From the NCBI GenBank assembly GCA_965262115.1, contig OZ253496.1, positions 2,464,001 to 2,528,000 on the forward strand: a DNA stretch of 64,000 nt, written 5' to 3'. The notes under the pieces were generated by a model that had not been told where the DNA came from, searched no databases, and saw nothing but the letters and a program-made list of their open reading frames with translations. The translations under genes and the position numbers were made by a program. This document shows positions 17,970 through 29,547 of this stretch, in pieces. Source of the DNA: Nitrospinales bacterium. GTDB lineage: Bacteria > Nitrospinota > Nitrospinia > Nitrospinales > VA-1. The stretch's first letter is position 1. Each line of letters begins with the position of its first letter.

Positions 17970-20900
17970 TTTGCGCTCTCAATAATTTTGATTTCATCAG
18001 CGGTGAGGTTGTAGAGATGATAGACCATCTTATCAATTTCCGCTTTCAGTGCGGTGGTGTCGGTGTTGTTTTGTTTGGCGGTGAGGATATTTTCGACTAA
18101 ATCTATAAAAGGCTGTTGCTGGTGTTTATCCAATAAGGGCACCGGAATTTTTTCAACATAGATTTTTTTCCAACGTAACGTGCCCATTCCAGATGTAGGG
18201 GCAACTTGTGAAAGATACCAATGCGCTAAACCAGAATTTAGAATTGCACATAGATATTTTGTACTACTTCCTGTCATTATAAAAGTGGTTGCTTCGCAAT
18301 ATATCGCTTTGTCGTCATATGCAAAACGCCCCTTATCCACTAATTCTATCCAAATCAATTTTTCTTTTGCAAATTCTGCCAAATAAGCACAGTTTCGCAA
18401 GTTGTAAGGAGTAATGCCTTTGTCCTGGCGTTTTTCTAGTTGCGGGTAATGTTGATTTAAGTGATTTTTGATGGCTGGATAATCTTCAATATCGATTGGC
18501 GCATTATTCTTATCGCCATTATGACTATTGATAATCCACTTCCCCGCCCATTTATACCCATATCGCCGTATATCTCTACCGCGCAGTATGGGTTTGATAA
18601 TTTCGGCGGATTTCGGGTCGGCGGCAACCAGTTTATCGCGCTGTTGCTGGTCGATAATAAAGGCTTCGTTAAGGCCAGTTAACACTCCACGATAAATACG
18701 AATATCCCACTCTTTTAATGGCGTACCGATTTGCTCAATTTTGGCTCTGATTTTTTGCGCCGCCGCAGACAATATACTCCAGGCCATATCGCCATAGAAC
18801 TGGTTTTTCGACCAGTATTGCCCGGCGGGCGGAAACTGTTTTTCAGGCACGGAATCCATATCAACCGCCTTGAATTCTTGTTCCGTGTTGCCTTTGCGAA
18901 CCAGCAATATATTGGTATCCACAATCGCCTCAAAAGCATCTTTGCCCATGTCTATCAAGCGCAACGGGCTGTGTTCCGCGCTAAAAAAGCTGCGTAATTT
19001 TTCGCCATATCTGGCCCGCATCCAGCTGTTGGAGGTGATAAACGCCAGTATACCTTGCGCTTCTGTTAGCAATCCCATACCCCGTTCATAGAACAGTTGA
19101 TAGATGTCTCCGGTTCTGGCAAAGGTCTTGAAATCACAATTCTGATAAAGGTCCCCCAACCGCCCGCCGTCTTTTTGCAACTGCATATACGGCGGATTGC
19201 CGATCACAATATCAAAGCCATTATGGGAGTCAAACACTTCGCTAAAATTAATCTTATAATCAAAATCTATCAAATAGCCTATTGCCTTTTGAATCTCGTT
19301 ATAACATTGGTCTATTTTTTCTTTTATTTGCTTTTTTATGTTGGATTTTTTCTTGTGGTCGTTTTCTGAGAAAACCTGATGTTTTAGCTTGTCTATCTTT
19401 CTCAATAATTATTTTACTCTATCTGGATGATAGTTATTTGGCAAGCCAATCAATGAATCACCCACTTCAAAATGATAATCCAAATTAGGTAACGGTTGAA
19501 TGCCGAAGTTTTTGTTTTTATCGCTATTGGGCGTTTGCTCAATAGCAAGCGAGATAAAAAAGCGTAATTGGGCAATTAAAATAGCGACAGGCTGAATATC
19601 AACGCCATAGATGCAATTCTCAATTAAATATAATTTGCGCAGGTAGTTATGGTCTAGTTACTTAAAATCGTCAATGATTTGTTGTTTTTTATCGCTGAGT
19701 ATTTGTTGTGCCTGTTGTTTGGCTTGGGTATTGTTGATTTTCTCACTGGTTTTGAGGTCTTGTTCCAGGCTTTTTAAATCGGGCAGCTCGTCCAGCTTTT
19801 GTTGCTGCCATTGTTTATTATTTGGGTCAAGAATCACCAATAATGCCACCATTCTTTGCAACAAACCCATGGGGAAGGCGCCGGAACCCACCGCCGGATC
19901 AATAATTTTTATGCCACTAATGGCTTTGATGAGTTGCGGGATTTCCTCTGGATAAATCAAGTCTGTGTTATCGTTTTGTGTCAACTCACCTGTTCTATCA
20001 GATGAGATAAATAAGTCATCCAAGCGTTGCTGATAAAACTCATTATCATCATCATGCGGTGGCACTTTTTGCGTTAAATAGGCTTTCAGGCTTTCATCCA
20101 CTATATACGCCACAATCTCCCTAGGGGTATAAAAACTGCCGGTGGCTTTGCGGGCTTGTTGCCCTGTTTCCGGGTTATAGCTGGCAAGCAGGTTTTCAAA
20201 CACCTTGCCCAGTAACTCGGGGTCGAGGGCGACCTCTACATCCAAGGGGGTGCTTTCTTCCACGATGAATTGATACTGGTTAAACAGGTCAATCAAGCCT
20301 GAATCATTTTCATCGCTGTTGAAAAACAACTCATTGGGAAACTTTAGCTGGTTATCCGCGCGGTCATAAAAGCCATCAATACTAATGGCACTACCTGCTG
20401 GGCGAATACTGTGGTCATTATCATAGTTCTGCTTTTCTTCATCGCTTGCCTCTCGGTCCAGGCACTCAAACAGACCCCCGTTCAAAAACGGGGTTTGGCT
20501 AAAGGACGCTTTCCATTTTTCCTCGTCCTTTACCAAGCGGTGGTAACGATAACGGTATTGATTGCCGTAATCTTTGTTTTTGCCCTGGAATTCTGATTCT
20601 TTTCTAAAATCACGATTGTTGATTTTAGTACTCAGGGTGGCAAAAAACAGGTTTTGCAGAATGGCTTTATAAAAACTGCTCGGCTGGTCGTAATCAATCA
20701 GTTTTTGTAATTTGTCTTTATCAAACAAATCCGCGTTGATCAGCTTTTTCTCTTTTATAAACCAGATGAACAGCAGGCGGGTGAGCAGGCGGATCAGGCT
20801 GGTTTGGGTGTGGTTTTCGGCTTGCTCATCATTAGGGAACACAACCTGCTTTTGGGCTTTTTCATACCAGGTGTAAAGTTTGCCGTAAAATTCCTTATTT

Positions 20901-21391
20901 AGCGGTTCAACGGCAAAGGCTTGTTTTAGATGTTGCAGAGTGGATTGTTTATTAATTTCGGAAAACCGGTCTTTCGCGGTTCTGGTTTGGGTGTTTTCGC
21001 CTAACAGGTAGGTGAAGCGTTTGCTGGCTGTTTGTTCTTTTTCAATGCCCTTGCCAGTTAAGCGGTACTCAATGGCAATAAAGCTAAACCGCCATTGATT
21101 GTTTTCCTCATCAACATAAACCGCTAAAGCACCGTCTTCGGTTTTAATTTCTTTGGCAGCCAGATTGCGTAACCGCACCCGGTTTCTGCTTAATCGGGTA
21201 TTGGGTTTTGTATGAATCTCGAAAACGGGTAATTGTTTGTCATCACGGGTGGTGACAAAGCCTAATTGGTCAAAACTTTCCACCTCGTTATTGTCTATGG
21301 TGACGGGCACAAGATTCCTGGAAAAATTAAATTTACCCGCTAAAAATGCTAGATATGCCTCTTGATTATAGGCTTGCTTTAATAATTCCAT
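17966..21391 (-). pseudogene. Eco57I/type IIG-like adenine methyltransferase with TaqI_C-like TRD; two in-frame TAA codons
   Basis: IIDPAVGSGAF, IYGVDIQP and VIGNPPY in a single frame; TAA at 19658-19660 and 19409-19411. Confidence 0.88.
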
Positions 21392-21789
21392 CAGTCACCC
21401 GTATATTGTTGCTTTAAGGTTGAAATAACCCCTGCCATTTGTACAAAATCATAATCCTTGTGCAGCAGAATTAAATCGTTCTCAATGGCACACTGGGCGA
21501 TTAGGCAATCAATGGCTGAGCGGATGCTAATGCCTTTTTTACGGCATTTGAAATAAATCAGTGCGGCTTGTTCAAAGCTTTGTTTGCTGTTTTTAAGGTG
21601 GTAAAAATCTTGCTCAAGTAAAACTTTTCTTAGTTTGTTAAATAATGACAGATTCTTACAGCCTTGCAGGATCTCAAAATAAACTTCTGAAGTGAGTGCG
21701 ATTTGTTGTAATCCAAACAATTCTTTGACGTTTTTTGTGGAATTGTTATTGAATATATCAATCCAAATTGAGGTATCGGCTAAATACAT
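21391..21789 (-). CDS. vapC: PIN-domain toxin (VapC family)
   Basis: YLADTSIWI, EILQG, IDCLIAQCA, LHKDYDF. Confidence 0.88.
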   Translation of the reverse strand: MYLADTSIWIDIFNNNSTKNVKELFGLQQIALTSEVYFEILQGCKNLSLFNKLRKVLLEQDFYHLKNSKQSFEQAALIYFKCRKKGISIRSAIDCLIAQCAIENDLILLHKDYDFVQMAGVISTLKQQYTGD

Positions 21790-22037
21790 TAGCCTTCATC
21801 GGGCAAATGCGGATTAACGCGCAAAGCCTTATAGTCATAGCCTTCAAAAAAAGGACTTTCACCATCCAGCGAATCCAGCAATTCATCTAAAGTTGTTTTT
21901 TTTCTGTGGTTTTCCACAAATTCTTTTAAAGCAACATCAATCAGCTCCCGTTTGGTTTTGATGTTGCTAAGTTTTAATGCCTCTTGCACTATATTTTCAT
22001 CTAGAACAATGTTGGTTCTGTGGGCGGCATTAAGCAT
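21789..22037 (-). CDS. vapB: VapB-family antitoxin
   Basis: RTNIVLDENIVQEA..TKRELIDVALKE; TAATG-coupled to the PIN gene. Confidence 0.85.
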   Translation of the reverse strand: MLNAAHRTNIVLDENIVQEALKLSNIKTKRELIDVALKEFVENHRKKTTLDELLDSLDGESPFFEGYDYKALRVNPHLPDEG

Positions 22038-22092
22038 TTTTTGACCTCCTTTTTTAACTTCTATATTTCCGGGATGTGTATTGTAGCACAGG

Positions 22093-25000
22093 TTATGTGT
22101 ATGATTGTGAAATCACAATCACCGGATTGGTATTGTTCTGTTTTTGTTCGTTTTGCTGGGCGGCTTCTATGTGGCTGTTAATGTCATATTCTTTGATGAT
22201 ATTCAGGGTTTTTTCTAATACGACAATGGGTTTAATGCCCTCAATCTTTTTGGCTAGTTTATTGATATTTTTAGTTAGATTTTGAAAGCGTTTATGCTCA
22301 ACTTGTTTGATGGCCAGCTTTAATTTTTCCTGCTCACTGGTATTGATGTCGGGCAGGTTTGCGATTAATTTTAAAAACTTAATCGCCGTTTGCTCGGGGG
22401 GAGATAGCGATTTATTCTGATTTTGGTTAACTATATTTTGCTCCATTTCATGCTTGAAATTATTTAATGCTGATGATACTTGCGTGTAGTGCTGGTCATG
22501 CAATTCCTCCGCTTTGGTATCAGGCGCGCATTTTAGTAATTTGGCCGTTTTAATGAAGCTGTAATTATCAATGTCATTTTTCACTGCAGATTTCACCATA
22601 TAAAAACGACTGCTGCCTTTGCCCTCGGTGCGGGCAAAAACAATCGTGCCGCCTTTATGGTCGGGGTTTTTGACCGCATTTCTGACTTTACTTGGCAACT
22701 CCCTGATGCGTTTATACGCCTCCGGAGCATCTTTTCTAAACTGCCGTATCTCTTCTAAAAAAGGGATGGTTTCATTAACTTCTTCTTTAATGTTTTCATC
22801 AAATATGCCAAATGTACCGACTTCTTCGGCGGTTGAATAAATCTGCGAATATTCGCCTAATGCCGAATGAAAGGCTTGCAATTTAACCAGCGCTTTTTTC
22901 TCTAACTCAATATCATCATTAATTTGTACCGTAGGATAAAAGTTATAGACAAAAATATGGCTCGCCGTTTGCCCGATACGGTTGACCCGCCCGATGCGCT
23001 GCATCAGTTTGGTGGCATTCCACGGCGTATCATAATTGATAACCGTATTGGCGCGGTGCAGGTTGATGCCTTCGGCCAACGCATTGGTGGTGAGGATAAT
23101 TTGATGATCATTGCTTTTTGTCTCTTTTGTATTGGCGTCAAAGTTCCGCTCAATAGTTTTCTTAAGTTCGTTGCGGTTTTTGGAGTCCACGCTTAGGGTT
23201 TTATCGCAGTATGGTGTTTGTTTTATTTGCCCTGATAAATAACGCATGGTGTCGGTGCTTTCGGTAAAAAGCACAATTTTTTGCTCTGGATTGTTTGTTT
23301 TGTCTAAAAATTCTGGCAATCGGGCTAAAAATTCTTCTAGTTTCGGGTCAGTCGTTACTTCGTCCCAATCAGATTTGAGCGTTTTTAACATTTCATAATC
23401 GTGTTTGATTCCCGCAATAAAACCATCTTCAAAATCATCACGACAACACACAATAATGCTCGGATCGGTTAAACTCTGAGTGGCGATAGTCTCCATTAAC
23501 TCATCTTCTCTGTCCTCTAAAATATAGTCACTGACATTAAAATTTGGCGCGATAATGATTTTATTGCTGTCAATCATCTTTAGCATAACCTGCGAGGATG
23601 TTATAAAATGCCCCAAAGTTTGGCTGAACGCATAAAAACTGCTATCCATTCTTTTGAGTAACAGTGTTTTCATAATTCCCACTAACCGCTCGGCAATAAA
23701 ATCTGCGCGTTGATATTGTTTTTTTAGTTCCGGCTTTAAATAATGTAACGCCCGGTAACGGGTATGCAATAACCCGGATTCATTTTGGTTTTTGTTATCA
23801 ATTTTTTGAATGGTGTTATCGTATAATTTTTCTAATCGCGCTTCTAATTTATAGTAAACAGGTCGTGGCGGGGTTGTTTTGGGGAACACAATGCCGTGAT
23901 CGGCTAAATCTTTTTTATAACGATCATTCGCCAATAAATCAGTGCGCGTTCTACGCACCATGAGCGGCGTAATGACTCTTTCGCGAATTGTTTCGTAGAG
24001 TTTTGCCGTTCGTCGGCCGGCTTCACGTTTATCAGGCCTTTTCAGGATTTCTTTATACTCTTTTTTTGCTTTGGTAAAGAAACCAGCCAGTGGAAAATCA
24101 AGCGTTGAGTTGTTGCCGTCCTGAAACAATAAAATTTGATTGTATAAATCATCGGGGCGGTTATTCAGCGGCGTGGCTGAAATCAGCGTCACTTTTTTAG
24201 CCTTACCGTCAGCGGTTTTGGTTTTACAAATAATCTGCAACTGGTTATAGGCTTCTGCGGTATCGTTGCGAAATTTATGCGCTTCATCAACAATCACCAT
24301 ATCGTATTTTTGGGCGTTGGTGACCTTATGTAAACTGCCGTTGTTGAGAACCTCGAAGGCATCATCAATTTTAAAGCTTGCTAACGTATCCACCCAGTTT
24401 TGTTTGAGTGCCGGTGGAATCACCAATAAAATTTTAGAACGATAATCAGAGTAGCCATTATGATAATAAAACTGGCGTGCAATTAAAGCGGCAATGATGG
24501 TCTTACCCAGACCCACCACATCGGCCAGGAAAAAACCATTGTGTTTTTTAAGCATTCCCCAGCCTTCATTCACCGCGTTCATTTGATAAGACAGGCGTTT
24601 GAAGTCACCGGGCAAATCTTTAATGGAGTTAGGGTCTAATTCAATTTCCGAACCAAAATACTCAATCAAACATTTCAAATACAGCTCATAGGGAGTGATG
24701 TTATCTGCCAGATGGGTTTTTTTGAGACTATCCATGGCTGCTTCAGGCAATATCTCTACGCCTTCCTGCCATAATTTTTTAAACTCTGTGGTGGCGAATT
24801 TAATGTCCTAATAATCATTTAACAACACATTAAATTCATAATTGAGGCTGGCGTTTGTCCCCAGACCGGCATCGGTCAAGTTTGATGAGCCGGTAATAAC
24901 ACTGCCCGCCTTGTGCGGGTTAAAATCATCAGGGCGAAAAATGTATATTTTGGCGTGAATGCTTTGGTTGGGATGGGCTTTAAGCCGCACTTTTTGAGTT

Positions 25001-25356
25001 TGCATATCGTCAATAAACTGCTTGATACCCTGCTCTGTTTGCTCGTCATAATGGGCTTTTTTAACATCTGCGATAAATTTATCCTGCCAATCTTTAATGG
25101 TTTTTTCGGCATCGCCCTTGAATAGCGACAATCCATCAGCTTGCATTTCTCTGGTTATTTTATCCACGTCAATACCCACCAGAATACGGATATGGGCGAC
25201 ATCTTCCAATAATGGGCGTAGTTTGAAGTAACCCGATGAGCGGAAATAACCGACCAGGACATCAAAGTTATTGATGGTTTTATTGTGTGTAAAAATACCT
25301 TCAAGCTTATTAAACAAGGTGTTTTCTTTTCTATTTGTAAAAAATCTGGTATCCAT
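22093..25356 (-). pseudogene. PLD-nuclease-domain / SNF2-like helicase fusion with one in-frame TAG
   Basis: HAKIYIF..D..TGSSNLT; LADVVGLGKT, DEAH, SATP, QRIGRVNR; TAG at 24808-24810 with the frame continuing. Confidence 0.88.
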
Positions 25357-25808
25357 TAGCGGCTTCTGTTACAGAGTTAATCGGTTGCCCATTATTGTTC
25401 TGGCCTGGGATGACGCCCGTTATTTTACTAAATTTTTTATTATTATGCAGAGTATCTGATTACCCAAGTCCCTGCATAGAAATCCGTCAGCACCCAATAC
25501 CCTTCTAAATCGCTGTTTTTCTCAAACACCGGCTATCATTATCGATATAAAGCGATGCCTGTCTGTCGACGCAGGCCCAGGGGTCCCTATGTTGGTTTTA
25601 ATACCACACCTCAAACTCTTTCCTACATCGAAAAACCCGGCAAACCGGATGTCTTCCGCATCAAAGACGGCGATTTCTAGCTTTTGACTTATAGTTTAGA
25701 TAAAACTTTTTGCATTGTCGGTTTTGAGGATGGCCAACTGGCATTGTTTGAAAAATGTTATGTTATTATCTTTGTAACTCTGTTTAATATTGGAAATGGG
25801 AGAATAAT

Positions 25809-26275
25809 GTGAAAAACAAGAAGCAAGTGGGGAAGGCATTGGGTCGGGTTGCCAGTGGTCTCTATGTGGTCACTGCTAAATGCGAAGATAAAGAAGACGC
25901 GGTTCTGGCAAGCTGGGTGAACCAATGTTCGTTCGATCCTCCCGCTGTAACATTGCGTTGGCTACTTTGCGCTCGGCCCGGCTTCTGGTTGAAGCATCGG
26001 GGGCTTTTATCGTAAATGTTTTGCCCAAAGACGACATGACCCTGCTGAAACATTTCAGCCGTCCCCCTGAAGATATTTTCAAGGGTGTGAAAACCAAAAA
26101 AGGACTAAATGGGATCCGTATCCTAAACGACGCAGTGGCTTATCTGGAATGCGAAGTGGCTCAGGCGATGCAGTCCGGGGACCATGTGCTTTATGTTGGC
26201 GAAATTGTAGAGGGCAAAACTCTCAAAGGGGGAGACCCTTATATCCATGTGCGGGATAACGGGTTTAATTATTGA
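25809..26275 (+). pseudogene. Flavin reductase-like protein, frameshifted
   Basis: ALGRVASGLYVVT, ASWVNQCSFDPP, GDHVLYVGEI; one base missing near 25951. Confidence 0.8.
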
Positions 26276-26538
26276 TCGAGACTGATCATTTTCAGGAAGT
26301 TGGTTCGGGTGATCGCCCAGTAAGCGCCGGTGACCACAAATACGACGGCGCCGATGATCAGAGCGCTTAATTTGATCATTCGTTTCGGATCGGCATCATA
26401 GTATTCTTTCAGGTCGCCAGCCAGACTTTCCACAACCCCTTCGTTGGCGGATTTGCGAAACGTTTTGTCGATGGCGTCGCGACCGTATATGATCCCGAAG
26501 ATCAAAGCAATAATTAGTATTTCAATGGCGCCTATCAT
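26269..26538 (-). CDS. Small two-TM protein with TatA-like N-terminus
   Basis: MIGAIEILIIALIFGIIYG; second hydrophobic helix near the C-terminus. Confidence 0.6.
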   Translation of the reverse strand: MIGAIEILIIALIFGIIYGRDAIDKTFRKSANEGVVESLAGDLKEYYDADPKRMIKLSALIIGAVVFVVTGAYWAITRTNFLKMISLDQ

Positions 26539-26559
26539 GTCATTTAGATAATGGGGAGG

Positions 26560-29078
26560 CTACCCTTTGTTTCGGGGGACTGCCCGGCTCGTTAATTTTT
26601 TCTCTTCGGAGACCGGAGCGGCATTTTTAGCGCAACGAAATCCATAGTCGTCCATGCGGCTTTTGGGGTTTCCATTATTGCGGAATGATGAATAAATAAA
26701 GCCTTTCAAATCCCGCCATGATCCGCCACGAACAACTTTAAATTCCCCGCTAATGGGTCTCTGGGGTTTGCGTATTCCGATTGTTCCCTATAATACTCGC
26801 GATCATACCAGTCGTCCACCCATTCTTTAACGTTTCCCGCCATGTTGTGTAACCCGTATGGACTTTGACCCTCTGTCAAGGCCTGCACCGGCACCATGAC
26901 TTTGTGTTTTTCTTCTTCTGTCCAATTCTTGAAATAGCGGACTCGTGTATCGGAAGGGGCGGAACTGCCCCAGGGATAAGTTCGGGCGGAAGTGCCGCGA
27001 GCAGCCTTTTCCCACTCGGCTTCTGTGGGCAGGCGTTTTTCTTTCCATTTACAATATGTGTCCGCCGCGACCCAGGTGATATTGTTGATGGGGTAGTTTT
27101 CAAGGCCCTGTCGGGGATGAAAGCGGCCGTCATAGAAAAGCGTTCCAAACTTGTTATAGAGATAATATCCTTTTACATTGTCCACCGCGTTCAAAAACTC
27201 AGCGAATTGCCCTGCCGACACTTCGTATTTATCGATCCAGAATCCGTCGATATAAACGCGGTGCTCGGGGGCCTCATCGTCAAGAGTTTTGCTGGAGCCC
27301 ATTATGGAAAAGCCGGAGGGAACAAGGGCCATATTGTCTGCCTGTTCAACCGAATTTTTCCTGTTTACGATTCTTTTCACTCTGCCGCTTTCAGGAGTCA
27401 GTTGTTTTAAGAGATTTCTGGATTCTTCGCTGAAGGGACCATTTTGTTCCATCTGCAGGTAGGTTTGCAGACGGGTCTGTGATTTTTCGGATTGGCCGGA
27501 TTTAAAATAAATCCATCCTTTAAAAAACTGCAAATCCGCTCTCTGGGAGTGGCGGACTTCATCGATATCCTGAATCATGCCTTGGGTAATTTCTGGAGGA
27601 TTTTCCGAAAGGACCTTTCCATACCATTGCCTTGCCAGTTTGTATTGTTTTTGCAGCAGCGAATAAAACCCCAGATTCATTTGCGCCAGTGCTTTGAGTC
27701 GGTTATCCCCTTTACTTTTCTTCATCCCGCGAAGCGTCCATGCCGAAGCCATAGGCAGATCGTCGATTCGGTAATAAGTCCAACCCAGTTGGATGTAATT
27801 TCGCAGATGAGTCTGGTCCTGATCGATGAGAAAACGGTATTGCTCGATGGCCCGTTGGAAATCTTTCATCCTGTAATAGGCTTCCGCAAGCCCTTCATGA
27901 ATTTCAGGTGCGCCTGGAAATTGGTGTCGAACTTTTTTGAGTGTTTCAAGGGCCAACGCTTGTTGTCCCATTCTTCCATAAGTTGAAGCGGTATTGAGAT
28001 GGTTTTGCAAATTCTCGGGTTGTATCCGAGCAAGAAGCTTAAGGTGTAACAGGGCGGATGTGAGCCGCTTGTCTTGCAGATAAAGATTGGCCAACATTTT
28101 ATGAGCCGGACTGAACCCAGGTTTTATTTGCACGACTTGCAGAAAGGTGTTGACCGATTTGGTTGATTTTCCGGATTCCATAAAGACCAGACCAAGGTTG
28201 AACAAGGTGGAAGTATTATGGGGGTCGGCTTTTAAGGCCAAATTATAATGTTTGATGGCTTTATGAGGTTTCTTTAATTCTGAATAAATATTTGCCAGGT
28301 TATTTTGCGCGTCTATTGATTGGGGATTGATGGAGGTGGATAATCCCAGATAAAACACGGCTCTTTCTGGTTTTTGATTCTGATAATAAACCATTCCTAC
28401 ATTTGAGAAATAAGCACCCAGGGTTTTTCGGCCATCCAGGTTTTTCATGAAGTAGTGGTTTTTGTTTTCTATTGATGCCCCAAAACGTTGTTGGTAAAAG
28501 CTGTCCGGATAGGAAACTCCTCGCTCGGTGGTTTCTATATTGATGCGTGCACCCTGTTGCTCATACCTAATAAAGAAATGGTTTGGCAGTGCGACTCCGT
28601 GAAGAGGGAGCCCGAGTTTTTGTCCGAGAATTAAATATAAAAGCGAAAGGTTCATGCAATAACCTTTACCGGTGCTCAACAGGCCATGAAGAAAAAGCTC
28701 GTCAGGGTTGATGGGAACTCCCTTTTCATCGACTTGATTGGTATAGCCATAACCCTTTGTGCCATGAATGAGGGTTCGTAGTATTTGGATGATGTCTTCT
28801 GGCTTATCCCGTCCTTTCAGCTTTTGCTGGGCCGTGAAGGTCAGCTTTTCGACTTCTTCCTTTAATGGAGCTAAATCCAGGGAAGGTTGCCAATGTTTTG
28901 AAACCATTAGAAGGGTTTCCAATAGGTCGGGTTTTGTATTAGAATCCTTCTGGATTTGTAACAGTTGTGTTTCTATAGCCCCCTCGAACGAGGGATTGCC
29001 GCAGGCGATTATCGGTTGTAAGATGTATGTAAATAGAAAGATAAGAACGGGGATGTCTAAAAATCTCTTGGCAGGCAT
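26560..29078 (-). CDS. Transglutaminase-like (SirB1) + TPR + FGE-sulfatase domain protein; frameshift near 26758
   Basis: GYCMNLSLLY..LPNHFF; TPRs; RLPTEAEWEKAARG, MAGNVKEW; shifted frame gives VVRGGSW..GFRCAK ending at 26560. Confidence 0.8.
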
Positions 29079-29192
29079 AAAAACCAGAAGTTTAGGATTT
29101 CAGGGTTTATTGACCATTATATCAGAAGGTGAATTTAGAGTGCTAAAGAATCAGAAGCAGTTTTCAGGGTTTGCTTTTTTCGGGAGACATAA

Positions 29193-29485
29193 ATGAAAAT
29201 CCTGGTGGCGGAAGACGATCTGGATAATGCCAGGTTACTCGAAAGCATACTGTGGAAGTGGTTGCTGATGGTGTCGAAGCCCTCAAGAGGTTGAGGGAGA
29301 CAAAGTTCGATGCCCTCCTGACGGATTGGATGACGCCGAAAATGGATGGGGTGACTCCGATCCAGAGAGTTCGGGCGGAAGTTGAAACAGCTCCCTTGAT
29401 CCTGATGGTCACTGCGGTCGGGGATGATGACTCGCGTCAGCAGGTACTTCAGGCTGGTGCCGATGATATTTTGACCAAGCCATAA
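29193..29485 (+). pseudogene. Response-regulator receiver remnant
   Basis: MKILVAEDD then a deletion/frameshift near 29252; LLTDWMTP, MVTA; stops directly after KP. Confidence 0.75.
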
Positions 29486-29547
29486 CCGATCAAGTGACCC
29501 TGTCGAACAAAAAGCTGTGGAATAGCAAGAGGCAGGAGTAGGTCCGT

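Larger units (their letters stand above)
16023..25460 (-). mobile_element. AT-rich defence/restriction island (no integrase seen; boundaries approximate)
   Basis: Visible compositional shift; all genes on the minus strand; RM, TA and helicase content. Confidence 0.7.

Noticed and set aside
16054..18094. Diversity-generating retroelement TR/VR pair
   Set aside because: Differences between the tails are not adenine-restricted, include synonymous C/T changes, and no reverse transcriptase is in the window.
17966..25356. Stop-codon reassignment or readthrough in the island
   Set aside because: Both TAA and TAG occur internally, and island genes use TAA, TAG and TGA as genuine stops.
25460..25680. 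Island attachment site or gene remnant
   Set aside because: No direct repeat matching the other island end, no tRNA fragment and no identifiable peptide.
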